Notes: generated by a model not told the origin, from the letters alone. DNA of 63,981 bases, filler included, from 14 parts of 14 records of this genome joined end to end with filler, not necessarily neighbours in it, one strand, 5' to 3'; shown: positions 46,986 through 58,108, counted from the whole stretch's first letter. Made by a program: numbers and translations.

Positions 46986-49900
46986 ATGGGCTGTGGTGCC
47001 AGCACGGAAAGTGCCTCAGTGCCTCGCACATCACATGTTAACTTGGCATCCACGAGCTCGGGCGACTTGATCGACACTCTGCGGATTCACCTGACAGACA
47101 CAATTGGGATCCCAGCCAGCGACTCGTGTGTAGCTGATTATGTCGCGCGGCTCCACAACGGCGGGTACAGCACGCCAGAGTTGTTCGCGAAAGTGACGCC
47201 TGAGATACTGGCATCCAAATACAACTTCAAAGATGCGCATGTGGGCCTGGTCAGGGAATATCGTGCCAACGAGGCACTACGTCGCGCAGAGGTTGTTCAA
47301 CCACCTCAAAAACCAGTGCTGGCACCGTTGCCAAGTCCAGCTGGTCGGCTACCACCTGTTGGACAGAGCACTGTGCAGATCAAGTCACCCAAAGCCACCA
47401 TGGGCTGTAGCGCAAGTTCCAATGCCAACGTGAATGCACCAGTCAAGGACACCGCCAGCGACAGTGGCACATCGCTCACACCGACAGACTGGCTGGAGCG
47501 TCTCGACCTCCCGCCAGATGCACACACGGTGGTTCTTGAATGGGCCGTCTCCCTCGGCGTGAGCAAGATGGGCGACTTGAAGCTCATGAAGGACCTGCTA
47601 CTCGCCCAGAGTGCAAGCTCATTGGCTCCCATCCCGCTGATGAAACTTGAACAAGCACTTTCTGAACTCGCGACTGAGATCCACGCCGCCAACGGTTCGT
47701 GGCCGGCGTGGGCACCCGGGGGCACCGTGAACCTCGCCGTGGCACCGAGCGCATCCCCTTCCGCTCCCACGACGAAACCTGTTGAGAGTGCAGAAGAGAC
47801 GTTGGTTCCTCCCAAGACTACCAGAGATGAGAGTGCACAATCGCTCGTTCCTCCCGCGGACGACGAGGAGCTCCGGCAGCTGCTGCGAGACGTGGGCCTC
47901 TCGGAAGAATCAGCTGCCACGGTCGCCCGCGGGCTGCAAGTGTCTGGGTCAGCGCTGAGTGAGCTTCAAGCCAGGTACGACAATGCCCCGGAAGCAATTC
48001 TCGCCGAGCTCCTCGCCAGCGCCGAGGCGCGGCTTGTCCAGATGGTCTGCGAAGGGATCGCCGCAAAACTGCTGCGAACCAGACTGCGGCTTCCTCCGAC
48101 ATTTGCAGACATCGTCGGCGAGGCGGTTACGATGGACACGGCTCTCGTGCTGCAGTGTCTCAGGGATCCAGCGCTGCTTCCACAGGCCGTGATCGACTGG
48201 AGCCAGTCGGACGAGTGCGACGCGGCGCTCGCGCGTACGAGCTCAGCGTTGCGTGAGTTGCTGACCGACCAGGTGACGAGTTCAGTGCGGGCGGGGACAG
48301 CGCGAGAGGTAGCTCTCAAGTCTGTCTCAGCGCTGGACATTACGCGGCGGCACATTACGATGATTGTGGAGGGTCGGCTGGACGACCTGCTATCAGAGCT
48401 GCTGACAAATTGTGGTACCGCTGCATTAGACGTGATTGCCCCGGAATTGCAGAAAAAGATGGAGAGCGCTGTGGACACGATGGCCCGCGCTGAAAACCTG
48501 GCATCGAGTGTACCAGATGGCATCGCGGACGACCTTGCTCAGATGCTGTTTGAATTCACAGAGGCCGTCCCGGGCGGGAAAGCGGTGTCCGTACTGTTGA
48601 AGCAGTTCTACCGCGCCGCAAAGGGAGCGAAATACTGCAAAGAACAGTGCGACATCTTTGCGAAACAGCTGCAGCAGGTGATCCGTGTGCTCACAAAAGC
48701 AAAGAAGATACAGCTGTCTGATTCTTCCATCCTCGAGGAGATTGAAGCTGTCGTGCAAGAGGCCCTCGAGTTTGTCCAGACGCTGCAAGACAGAGGATTC
48801 ATCAGGCGAATCATCAGCTCCAAGTCCGACGACACCAAGCTCGAGCGCCTGAGCAAGTGGCTGCACGAGAGCGTCCAGCAGCTGACCACGGAGCTGACCG
48901 TGGAAATGGCCCTGACGCCACCGAGCCCCGCCGAATTTCAGCGAGACGTGGACGCGAACGAGCAGTTGCGCAATCGAGTCGAGGCGATGGGCGGCCTGGA
49001 TCAGCTCGACCCGTCCGACAGAGCCATGATGCAGGAGCTGACGCAAGACCTGCCGTTTGACCAGCAGATCCTGTGCGAAGAGCTGACGTTCCATCTCGAG
49101 GAGCTGAAGCAGAAGAGCGACGAAATATTAAAAGTCGTGTCGGAGGGACCCTGGGACATTATTCCCAACCTCGACGTCCGTTGCTTCTGGTTCAAGCGCG
49201 TCAAGCAGAGCAAGGAGGACGCACACCTCGTCGTCGGGCTACTGGACGACTTTCTGCAGAACCCTCCTGCACCAGCGGCACCTGAGCTCGGGCCGCTGCA
49301 GATACCGATCGCTGAAGAAGAGCAAAAGCGGCTGGCGGAAGCCCTCGACGGCAACAAGGACGGCCACATCAGTGTTCTCGAAGCCAAGGCTGCATTCCCG
49401 GCCGAGCCGCTCGGACGGATTCTCACGCGGCTCCTTGGATCAGGCCAGAAGACGGAAAACAAGAAGGGTAACGACCTGATAAATTTACCGCCTCGCAACC
49501 GGCACTTTACGGGTCGCAGCGAGGAGCTCAGAGATTTGCTGTCTCCCACGGACACATCACCACTGTGCATTCACGCCGAGGCCGGTACAGGCAAGACATC
49601 CTTGCTCGTCGAGGCAGCCTGGCAAGCACGGGACCAGTGGAGTGGCCACGTGGCGATGGCCGATGTGGCAGGGCTCCTCAGTGTTGCCGAGCTGTCACGG
49701 ACGATTGCGGTTGCGATGGGCGGACGCGGTGAGGAAGAAGATGAGCTGAAGCAACTACTCTCGGCGGGAGATGCGTCACCGTGGCTGCTTCTGGTTGACA
49801 ACATGATGAAACAGTCGGACATTGCACAAGTGGTCAAGCTCGTCCAGAATACTTCACCTCTGAGTCGTGTAATCATGGCGTCTGGCGGACCACTGCAAAT

Positions 49901-50750
49901 TCAAGACGTCACGGACACTCCCCTGGGTGCTCTGAGTATGGACCACTCGGCACAGCTGCTACGAAAGCTGACGCCAGGAGTGGACGAACAGTTTCGGACC
50001 CGCCTGGAATCGGCTCTACAGACATCTCTATCGGCCCTGGAGATTGTGATGCTGGCTCCCGCTGTAATGGACGCGACAACGCAGCAGCAACAAGATGATC
50101 TGTGCGCCAAGATGAGTTCGGAAAACTCTGATGAGGCCGTGAGCAGCAACGACAGCTCCGACGCTCTGATCAGCTTGTCGGCTGCATTCCCAGACGGCGC
50201 GACGTTTGACGCAGAGGCAGCGGGTGCGGTTGCAAATGATGCCAAACTTTCGAAAGCCGAGGCGGTGTCATCAGGCGAGGACCTCGTGCGTTCCCTGAAG
50301 CGCAGTCGACAGCTCGAGACACCAGCCGACGGGCGCTACCGCATCTTTAGCCGCGTCGCCAGCCACTTTCGACAAGTTGCGACTGACGGCGAGGCTTCCG
50401 AAGCAGTTCAACGCCACGCCCGCCATTTCCTGGTACGCCTCGGTCGGATTTCGCGGCTGTTTGACTCGTCGGAGCAGCTCGTGGCCCTGCGCATGTTTGA
50501 TGAAGACCGCCTGAATTTCGACGCAGCGCTGCAGATGGACCCGATCCCCGATTCGCTGCTGGACTGTCACACCGATCTGCGGGTGAAGACCGTGCTGCGG
50601 TCTCGCTGGGGCCTGCGACCCATGGTAGCATACTTCGGCCGAGTCGAAACAGCGCTGAAGCAGCGGGGTGGCTGCGAGGATTCTACCGAAATGGCCAACG
50701 CACTCCACAACATGGCGATGGTGCGGGACGATCTCGGCGAGCATCAGGAG
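46986..50750 (+). CDS. NLR-like STAND NTPase: acylation motif + SAM-like (x2), MLKL/Cbl-N-type four-helix bundle, EF-hand, NB-ARC-like P-loop domain, TPR; intronless, 3' truncated
   Basis: MGCGAS and internal MGCSAS. SAM-like LTDTIGI...DYVARLHNGGYSTPELFAKVTPEILASKYNFKDAH. 4HB A.PGG.AVS.LLKQFY.AAK.AKYCKEQC..FAKQLQ...LEEIEAVVQEALEFV...RGFIRRII. EF loop DGNKDGHISVLE. NLPPRNRHFTGR..EL, Walker A AEAGTGKT, Walker B LLLVDN. TPR EMANALHNMAMVRDDLGEH. Confidence 0.82.
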
Positions 50751-50980
50751 NNNNNNNNNNNNNNNNNNNNNNNNNNNNNNNNNNNNNNNNNNNNTTAATT
50801 AATTAANNNNNNNNNNNNNNNNNNNNNNNNNNNNNNNNNNNNNNNNNNNNGATGTGCGGTGGAGAAATTGTGGACGAAAATTGGAAATTGTCGTGGTAGG
50901 GTGCGCTGCATGGTACAGTACGCCCGCCGATCGCGCGAGTCGCGATCGCCGCGGCGCGCGGGGCGCTCGCGCTGACGGCG

Positions 50981-51880
50981 ATGGCGGGGGATCGGCGGGA
51001 GCGTGGTGGCAACGCCGCTGCATTCGAAACGGGTGTCTGGTGGACAGGCATAGTGTTTGCAGCGCTTGGAGCAGGAGCCGTCACTGGCTGGCTCCTAGGG
51101 CCGCAGTTTTTCTGGATCGGCGCGGTCTTGGTCTGGCTGCTCGCTGGCAACTGGCTGGCGCGAGCGCGCCAGGTTATGCTGAAGTTGGCAGACCTGCGAG
51201 CCCCAGCTCCGCCGGCTCGACTGCTGGCGGAGGCAATGCCAGAGGATGCATACGGTCTGCTTCGGCGCTGGATGCAAGACGCAGAGGAACAGAGCGGCTA
51301 CGCTGCCGCACGGACGATGTGTTTGGCCACATATAGCACCGCGGACGGCCCGACAGCACGGACAGTGCTGTGCCAGGAGTGCGGCGAGGAACTCGGTGGC
51401 CTTATCGTCGGAACAAACAGCAGATCCCTGAAGTCACGGCAAGTGCAGGAAGAGCCACGGGTCGAGGCCGTGTTCAGATGGGGGGACAGGCAGGTCCGAG
51501 TGCGCGGCCGTGCGAGACTGGGCAGTACATCAGAATCTGATGTTGCGTGGGCGCGGTTGGGCCGCGCGCAGCAGCTAGGCCTGACGCTGTTGCAACAAGG
51601 AGAGCTCTGCAGTGAGGCTCGGCACGATGCGATCGACAAGGCGTGGCATTCGCTGGCATCGAAACACGGAGGCGGCGGTGCGAATGGTGCCACATACCGA
51701 GCTACAGTGCCACGACCGGAGCACTTCGCTGCACTCATCGTGAGGCCCGACTCGTTCGAGTACTACCTTGGCGGCCACCCCGGGTATGTGAACGATCGGT
51801 TCTTGTACTGTCGTCGCCCACAGTCTGATCAGGAACGAGGACGTGGTCGCTTTGAGCTTGTTGGTCGCCTGCAGGCCTAG
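50981..51880 (+). CDS. Pyridoxamine 5'-phosphate oxidase-family protein (divergent) with N-terminal TM hairpin; intronless
   Basis: Motifs RWMQDA, MCLAT...GPTARTVL, TNSRSLKSRQ....PRVEAVFRW, RQVRVRG, VPRPEHF, IVRPDSFEY, DRFLY, RLQA. Confidence 0.8.
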   Translation: MAGDRRERGGNAAAFETGVWWTGIVFAALGAGAVTGWLLGPQFFWIGAVLVWLLAGNWLARARQVMLKLADLRAPAPPARLLAEAMPEDAYGLLRRWMQDAEEQSGYAAARTMCLATYSTADGPTARTVLCQECGEELGGLIVGTNSRSLKSRQVQEEPRVEAVFRWGDRQVRVRGRARLGSTSESDVAWARLGRAQQLGLTLLQQGELCSEARHDAIDKAWHSLASKHGGGGANGATYRATVPRPEHFAALIVRPDSFEYYLGGHPGYVNDRFLYCRRPQSDQERGRGRFELVGRLQA

Positions 51881-52099
51881 AGTGTGTTTCAAGCATTCGC
51901 ATGCATGTGTAGTATAATTGTATAGGCGGAGACTCTCTTTGTAGAGAGTATCATACGTGTTCTGCAAACTTGTGCGAGCGTACTGCGTAGCTATTGTTTG
52001 GTAATCTATGCAGAACATGAAGTGCGCTGCTTATACGTGTACTCCGTGTATGGACTGTACCTGCTGAATAACCAATCTGTTCACAAACCAACGGATCTG

Positions 52100-53267
52100 C
52101 TACAACTCGCTGTGCCCTGTGATTCCCTCGGGTTGTGGCTGTGATTCTTTCTTCTGTGTTGCAACGCCAGTGACTAGTCGCTTCCATGAGTTTGCCTCAG
52201 CTCCAGGGTCTGTGATTACAATGAGCACCCTCTGCATATGATAGGACACATACTCGTAATTGATTCCCCGTTCTTCCGCCAGTTCTTGCCAAGCTTTCGA
52301 TTCGCCCAGTTCCCAGCCATCGTGAAACTAAGACGTATGCGCGAAAATGTACAAGCCAACGCAAAGTTGGCACAGCAAGAGAAAGCGCAATTGAGTACGA
52401 TGTTGAGCTGAACCTGCAACTGGTGCGCCACGGGCTAGGTCTACGGTGTCCTGTTCTGAACTGACGTACAAGCCAATCGTCGAAGAGAAGCACGGTGCCT
52501 TGAACAAACCATGGGCTGAGTAGTGCCAAGCTTTCGTACCTGAAGCGTACGTGCACACAGAAATGTTCACACATGTGCGTAGCGAGAGAGGACCGAAATG
52601 AAGCACTCACACCGAACTGTACAGATTGCAGTCCACATGCACGTAGCTCACTGCTGCCTGTTTTCTCCCACGCAGACGCGAGTACTTTTTCGGTGTTCCC
52701 AAGTGGGTTGGGATCGAGTTGTACGGCACGCCGGGCGTACTCAATGGCACTCACAGCCATCTCCTCGTCGGTACCGTCGTGTGAGAGTTGCACAGCGACG
52801 ATTCCGGAGTTCATCCACGCCGTCGGGTTTTGCGGGGCAAGATCCCTGGCTATCTGGAACACTTGCATTGCGTCGCGGAGGCGCTGGTCGATGAGCTCTT
52901 GCTGGCCTACCATTGCTGACGGGGGTGGGTCGACGGAGTTCTGTAGCAGAGAGCCATGATGAATCAGTACCCCAACGTCACGTGGGCTCAGCGCAGCAGC
53001 AGCCGCCGTGGCCACAATCGCCTCTTGCACTCGACCAGAGCTCGCCAGCGCACTACCGAGGTAGCTGTGCACATCTGCCTTCTGCGGCTGAAGCACGGCA
53101 GCCTCCGCGAACGCTGCCGCAGCCTCCTCGTGCCGACCCGCAGCACCATGAGCCGATCCTTCGCGCATCCTTTGCGCAGCCTGTGCCAGTTTTGTGCTAC
53201 CACTGTGCGCTTCTGAGGTCGTGCCGACCAAACACGTGCACGCGATGGCCAGCAGCAGCACTGGCAT
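52100..53267 (-). pseudogene. Signal peptide - TPR - TylF-like methyltransferase C-half - HSEL; frame break at ~52655 (pseudogene, misassembly or unusually short intron)
   Basis: TPRs (YLGSALASSGR, AWMNSG) lie in one frame. YVHVDCNLYSS, GTVLLFDDW and GESKAWQE (TylF/class I MTase C-half) lie in a shifted frame. The product ends GHSEL-stop, an ER-retention-like signal. Confidence 0.6.
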
Positions 53268-53914
53268 GGTATGGTGCGCCTCGGGCCCGGGCGGGGGCAG
53301 CCGCCGTCGCCGGCCGCGGGGAGCACGCGCGAAGGCTGCGTGCCTCGCGATCGCTCTCGTTGCGGTCTTCCGTCCTGCATGCGCGTGCTTCAAGTTCCGG
53401 CCGCTTACTATCTATACCGTAGTAGAAGATGCTGATTGCGATCCTGCCGCACCAGCCAAGGAATGAATTCACTCTAAAACACAACATAAAAAGGGAATTT
53501 TCATATTGATCCCGATCCGGGGATCCCCTGCAGGCAACTTGCAGTACATGTTTGTAAACAAACAATACAACAAATGCCGTCCTTCAAAAGATGAACTCGC
53601 CGCCGAGACGCTCAGCGAGTCGCACGTCCAAGACGTAAGCAACCCTGGCTCTCCAGCCGCCTCCCTCACTCCTAGGCTAGGCTGCAGCAGCGCCCTATAG
53701 ATTAACGGGAATTCCCACGGTTGCCAGATAGCCACCACGCGGTGCGTGCGATTGTTCATCAGTTCCATGTGGCGTCGATCAGTCAGGCCCGCCAGTCGAG
53801 TCTCAAGACTGAAGTGCCCACGGTGACGGGTACCCTTCTACGGTAAAGCTATATTCGAATACTTCAAGGCTTCTAGGTTAATGGAACGGGGTTTTCACTC
53901 TAGGTAGCGGATAG

Positions 53915-53940
53915 TGACACCGGGCATAAGGGCCTTATGC
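53915..53940. repeat. Palindromic element at contig end (GCATAAGG-G-CCTTATGC core)
   Basis: Matches 26462-26485 in reverse complement. Confidence 0.8.
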
Positions 53941-54582
53941 NNNNNNNNNNNNNNNNNNNNNNNNNNNNNNNNNNNNNNNNNNNNTTAATTAATTAANNNN
54001 NNNNNNNNNNNNNNNNNNNNNNNNNNNNNNNNNNNNNNNNTTGACTGGGGCGAAAAAGCGGACTTTTCCCCCTCCTCCGCCCGCCTCTCTGCACACACCG
54101 TGTACACAGAGGGGGCAAGCGCAAGGGCGGCAGCCGTAGAGTAGAGCCGCCTGCCAGGGGGTGCGATCGGGCGGCTCCCTGGTGGTGAGCAAGTGAGGAA
54201 GGGGGTGTTGGCGAACAGCCTCGATCAGGGCTGGTTGGGGAGCCGTTTTGGTACTGCTGCAGTGTGCGTGCGCGTGCTGTCGGCGGGCTGGGCGCCCGCT
54301 TGAGGTTGGGGTGGTTGCGGGCGACGGTGAGGCGCGGTGCGAGCGAGCTTGCTCCACGGGGGCTCTCTTGGTGTTGGAAGTGCGTGAGGGCGGTTGTTCG
54401 AAGGGACACCCACGTGTCTCGGACAGGTGGCGAGGCAACGTGGTGGTGGTGGTGGGCGGGCTGGGTCCGGTCCTGTCGTCCGCCGGTGGTGACGCAGGGG
54501 ACGCCCTCTGCGTTCTCTGCGTTGGTGTGAGCTTGTGTGGCAACCGTCGGGGTGCGGAGGGACGGGCTCACGTGTGCAGAGG

Positions 54583-57500
54583 ATGGCGGAAGCAGACCTC
54601 AAGGAGCACCAGCTGTGGTCGACGCTGGTGCTCAATGCGTTCCCGCTGATGGTCTCCCTCTACATCACGTTCTTCGGCCGGTTCTTCGACGACCTGCTGC
54701 GCATGGTCTCGGTCTTCTTCATCGTGGTCTTCCCGATCGCCGCGGAGGCCGTCAAGCCATGGCTGCAAGGCGAGGCGTTCACGTTCGCGTCGCTGGGCGT
54801 GAACGACGCCACCACTCTGGTCTGGGCCGTGGTGGCGGGCTGCACGGCGATGTACACGGCCGCGCGGCGCCGCAGCTTCGGTACCAAGATGCAGCTGATC
54901 GGTGTGGCGTTCGCCGGCGTGATGACGTTCAACTCGTTCTACATCGGGCTGCTCCACTCCACCTTGAACGAAACCCTGCCGGGCATCTCGCAGTGGTTCG
55001 ACTGGTTCAACTTTCTGTTCGTGGTGGCGGCCAGCGTGGTGCTGATCTGGGCGCGCTCGCTGCCTGTCGCTGGCGAGATCGTCGCTTCGGCGGTGTGCGC
55101 GTCCATTGGTGGGTTCATGACGTTACAACAGATCACGTACATCGGGCGGGACCTGCGATGGGATCTCACAGACGGGCTCGAGATGAAGAAGCTGCTCAAC
55201 GAAGAGTTTGGCTGCATGCCCAAGGCGTACGCTCGCTGCGTCTCGCTGACGACTGCGATGATCATCATGACGGCCGTCGGCGCGGTCACTCAGCACATCA
55301 TGTACCAGCACCATGTCGCGGTGCAAAAAGGCAAGCACTCCATCATCAGCTTCGGCATCGCCAAGCTGCTATACAACCGGATGGACTCGTCGATGGAGAC
55401 CCTGGCCAACGTGAACCAAGTGATTGCAAACATGGCAAAGGGACTATCGGGCGAGGAGCAGCGCACGCAGGAGATTGCACTGCAGAGGGACCTGTACAAG
55501 GTGATGGGCATCATGGTTGACGTGGTAATGGTCGTCTACAGCCTCGGGCTGGGCGTACACATGTGCGAGATGGCATGGAAGGGAGTTTTCTCCGACTCGG
55601 GCACTTCGGAGTTCGTGTCGTTCGTGTTTTTCACTCTGACGGTCCTGTGTCTCGGGGTAGCTGGTGCCGCCATGTCCATCCGATTCGCCAGCGAGGACAT
55701 TGGCTCCCCGCCATGGAAAGCGAAGAGTACCAAATACCTGCTTTTCGTCGCAGTAGTTTGGCCGATTCTACTTTTCAGCTACGTTTTCTCCGGCGTCATT
55801 GGCGGTGAAGAAATCGCGCTGCTGGACGTGCCTTTCATCAACCACGCTGCCGGCTTCGCCAACCTTCCGCTTGGCTGTGACTCTCTCGTGGATAACAGTG
55901 CAACTCAGCAGTGCGTCACCGCCTCCCCTGGTTCCGGTACCGCCCCTGGCCGCAGTGCTAACTCTAACTAAAAGCTGTGCGTATGCAGGCCATTTTGCGC
56001 GTGGGCCGGTGGGCAGGCCGGCGTGGGCACCACCAACAATTGGGCGGAACCGGAATACCTGACTCCTGGCGGCGACAACACAGTGCGTATTGATGAGCAT
56101 GGAGCGCCGTCTCCGACGGCGACAGTCGCGACAGCTGATGGCTGCGCAGAGGCCGCAGCAGTCTACGCGACGTACTCGAATCACGATATCACTGGTGCAA
56201 CTTGGGGCCTGGCAGAAGGCGGGGATAGTACGAAGCGCACCTGCTACGCCGTATGGGGCTCAGACCTTCGGTTTGCGGGGGCAGTGCCGCTGACGCAGGC
56301 CCCCGTTCCAGGCGTGTCAACCTGGCAGACTTGCAGCCTTGCTGCAGACAAGATGACCGAAATTGCACTGACCGTTGCCCGACGCTGCTCCGACGGTATG
56401 ATGAACTATGCCGAGAAAGGCGTAGACTGCGGTGGTGCCTGTGCCCAACGGTGCGGATCGTGCCAGTGTGCTTACAACGGCAAAAGCGGCATTGTCGACG
56501 TTCCGTTCAGTGCTGCAAACAGGAACATGTGTGGCACACATCTCAACGGGACCAACGGGGTAGTGGACAACGTCTACGTGTGCTATGTGCACGAGCCAAA
56601 CAGCTGCACCAGCCCGGACTCCGATACTTATGAACATGAGATAACGGAGTACGAGCAACAGGGCGCCGAGTGGGTGTTCTGCAGTCCGAGCGTAAACGAA
56701 TTTGAGGACGACGCTGACTGTGGCAGCTCAGGCTCTGCTCCTGCGTCTGCAGCAGACGCGGCTCCGATCAGACAGGAAGTTTGGTTTTGTGAGGGTCCCA
56801 TGTGCTATGCCTGCGATACAGAGGAGTGTCTGGTGGACAAGTGCGCAATCTTCCAAGTGCTGAAAGCCTACTTCCCGACGACGGTGAAAATTCTTTTCGC
56901 AATCGTGGTTGCGGCGATGCTCAGCATGCTCACAGTCTCTGGCGAGCTTGGGGGATTCTACCTTTTCGCCACACGGTTTACAATGTACATCACGACCCTC
57001 AACCTTGTCCAGGGTATCGCGCTGCTGGCGTTTGGTAGCATCATGGAGTTTCGCTCGATGCCAGGTAGCTTTGAGGAAGAGGGCAAAAAGACCGTCGACT
57101 CGCTCGTCGAAGGGGAGGCGTCGATTTACCGAGTTGTGATCCTTGCCGGGATGCTACTCGTGGTTCAGAGTCTGGTCGGCCTTCTTGGCGTTTGCTTCGA
57201 AGACAAGAAGGTTGGCGGTGGCTGCCTGAGGATTTACCTGATGTCTGTGCTTGCGACACTGCTTCTCTTCATCGGAATCTTCGGTGGGGCCTGCTACTAC
57301 ATTCTGAATATAGATGTGCTGATTGACAAGGACTGGGACACCATTTCCGAGAAATTACGAGAAGGGAACAATCAGACATCTATAGAGGTGCTCAACGGCA
57401 TCACAAGAATATCAAAGGAAGAGTTTGTGGCATATGCCAAAGGGCTTTTCCGCATGGTTTACATCATCGGTATGTGGTTTGTTGGCTACACTGGCGTCCT

Positions 57501-58108
57501 CTTCGCTGTGACACGCTATACGGTACGTTCTCTCCCTCTCAACTCTCTACTGCCTGCCTGCATCTGTCGCCAGGCCACGAGCACTCTTGCATCAAGAGAG
57601 TGCCCGGCTCAGTATTCATCTGCACTCGTGTGCGCAGGTGAACATGCGGACGTCGGCTGAGGCTGAGCACGCTCGGGAACAGAAGAAGATGAACAATCCG
57701 ATGTTCGAGGACGTGACCGATGATCTCAACTCAGTATGCATTCGTCTTGCGACGGACACAGTTTGCGCTTTCGCTTGCTTACGCACCTGCTGTTCGGCAG
57801 CAACGTTTGTCTGCGATGTTGCTCCAACTAGCCACGCATCATCGTGTTGCCTGCCCATGCTGTCTGTTTCACTGATCTGAGTGTTGCCTGTATCTGTGCT
57901 GTTCCCACAGCCGCTCTCCGCAGCTGGTGCTGTGGCCGGAGTGGCTGGTGCTGTTGCCGGAGCTGCTACCCTTGGGGTTGTGGATAAAGCGTTGGACGTG
58001 GTAGACGCTGGGCTTGGTGTGGCAGAAGGGGCGGGCGGTATGGTTGTGGAAGGAGCGGACTCGCTCAACCCAGTTGATGTAAAAGGGATCGCGAACGCAG
58101 AAGATTGA
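54583..58108 (+). CDS. Polytopic membrane protein: TM7S3/TM198(DUF4203)-like region plus tetraspanin-like units with a large Cys-rich extracellular loop; multi-exon, possibly 5' incomplete
   Basis: About 14 hydrophobic segments across ORFs 54535 and 56023, joined by intron 55911-55988. Tetraspanin-like GMLLVVQSLVGLLGVC...CLRIYL. Cys motif CSDGMMNYAEKGVDCGGAC. Confidence 0.7.

Noticed and set aside
46986-53267. NLR, PNPOx and TPR-methyltransferase as a defence gene cluster
   Set aside because: A spacer at 50751-50850 separates the NLR contig from the others, so the adjacency is artificial.
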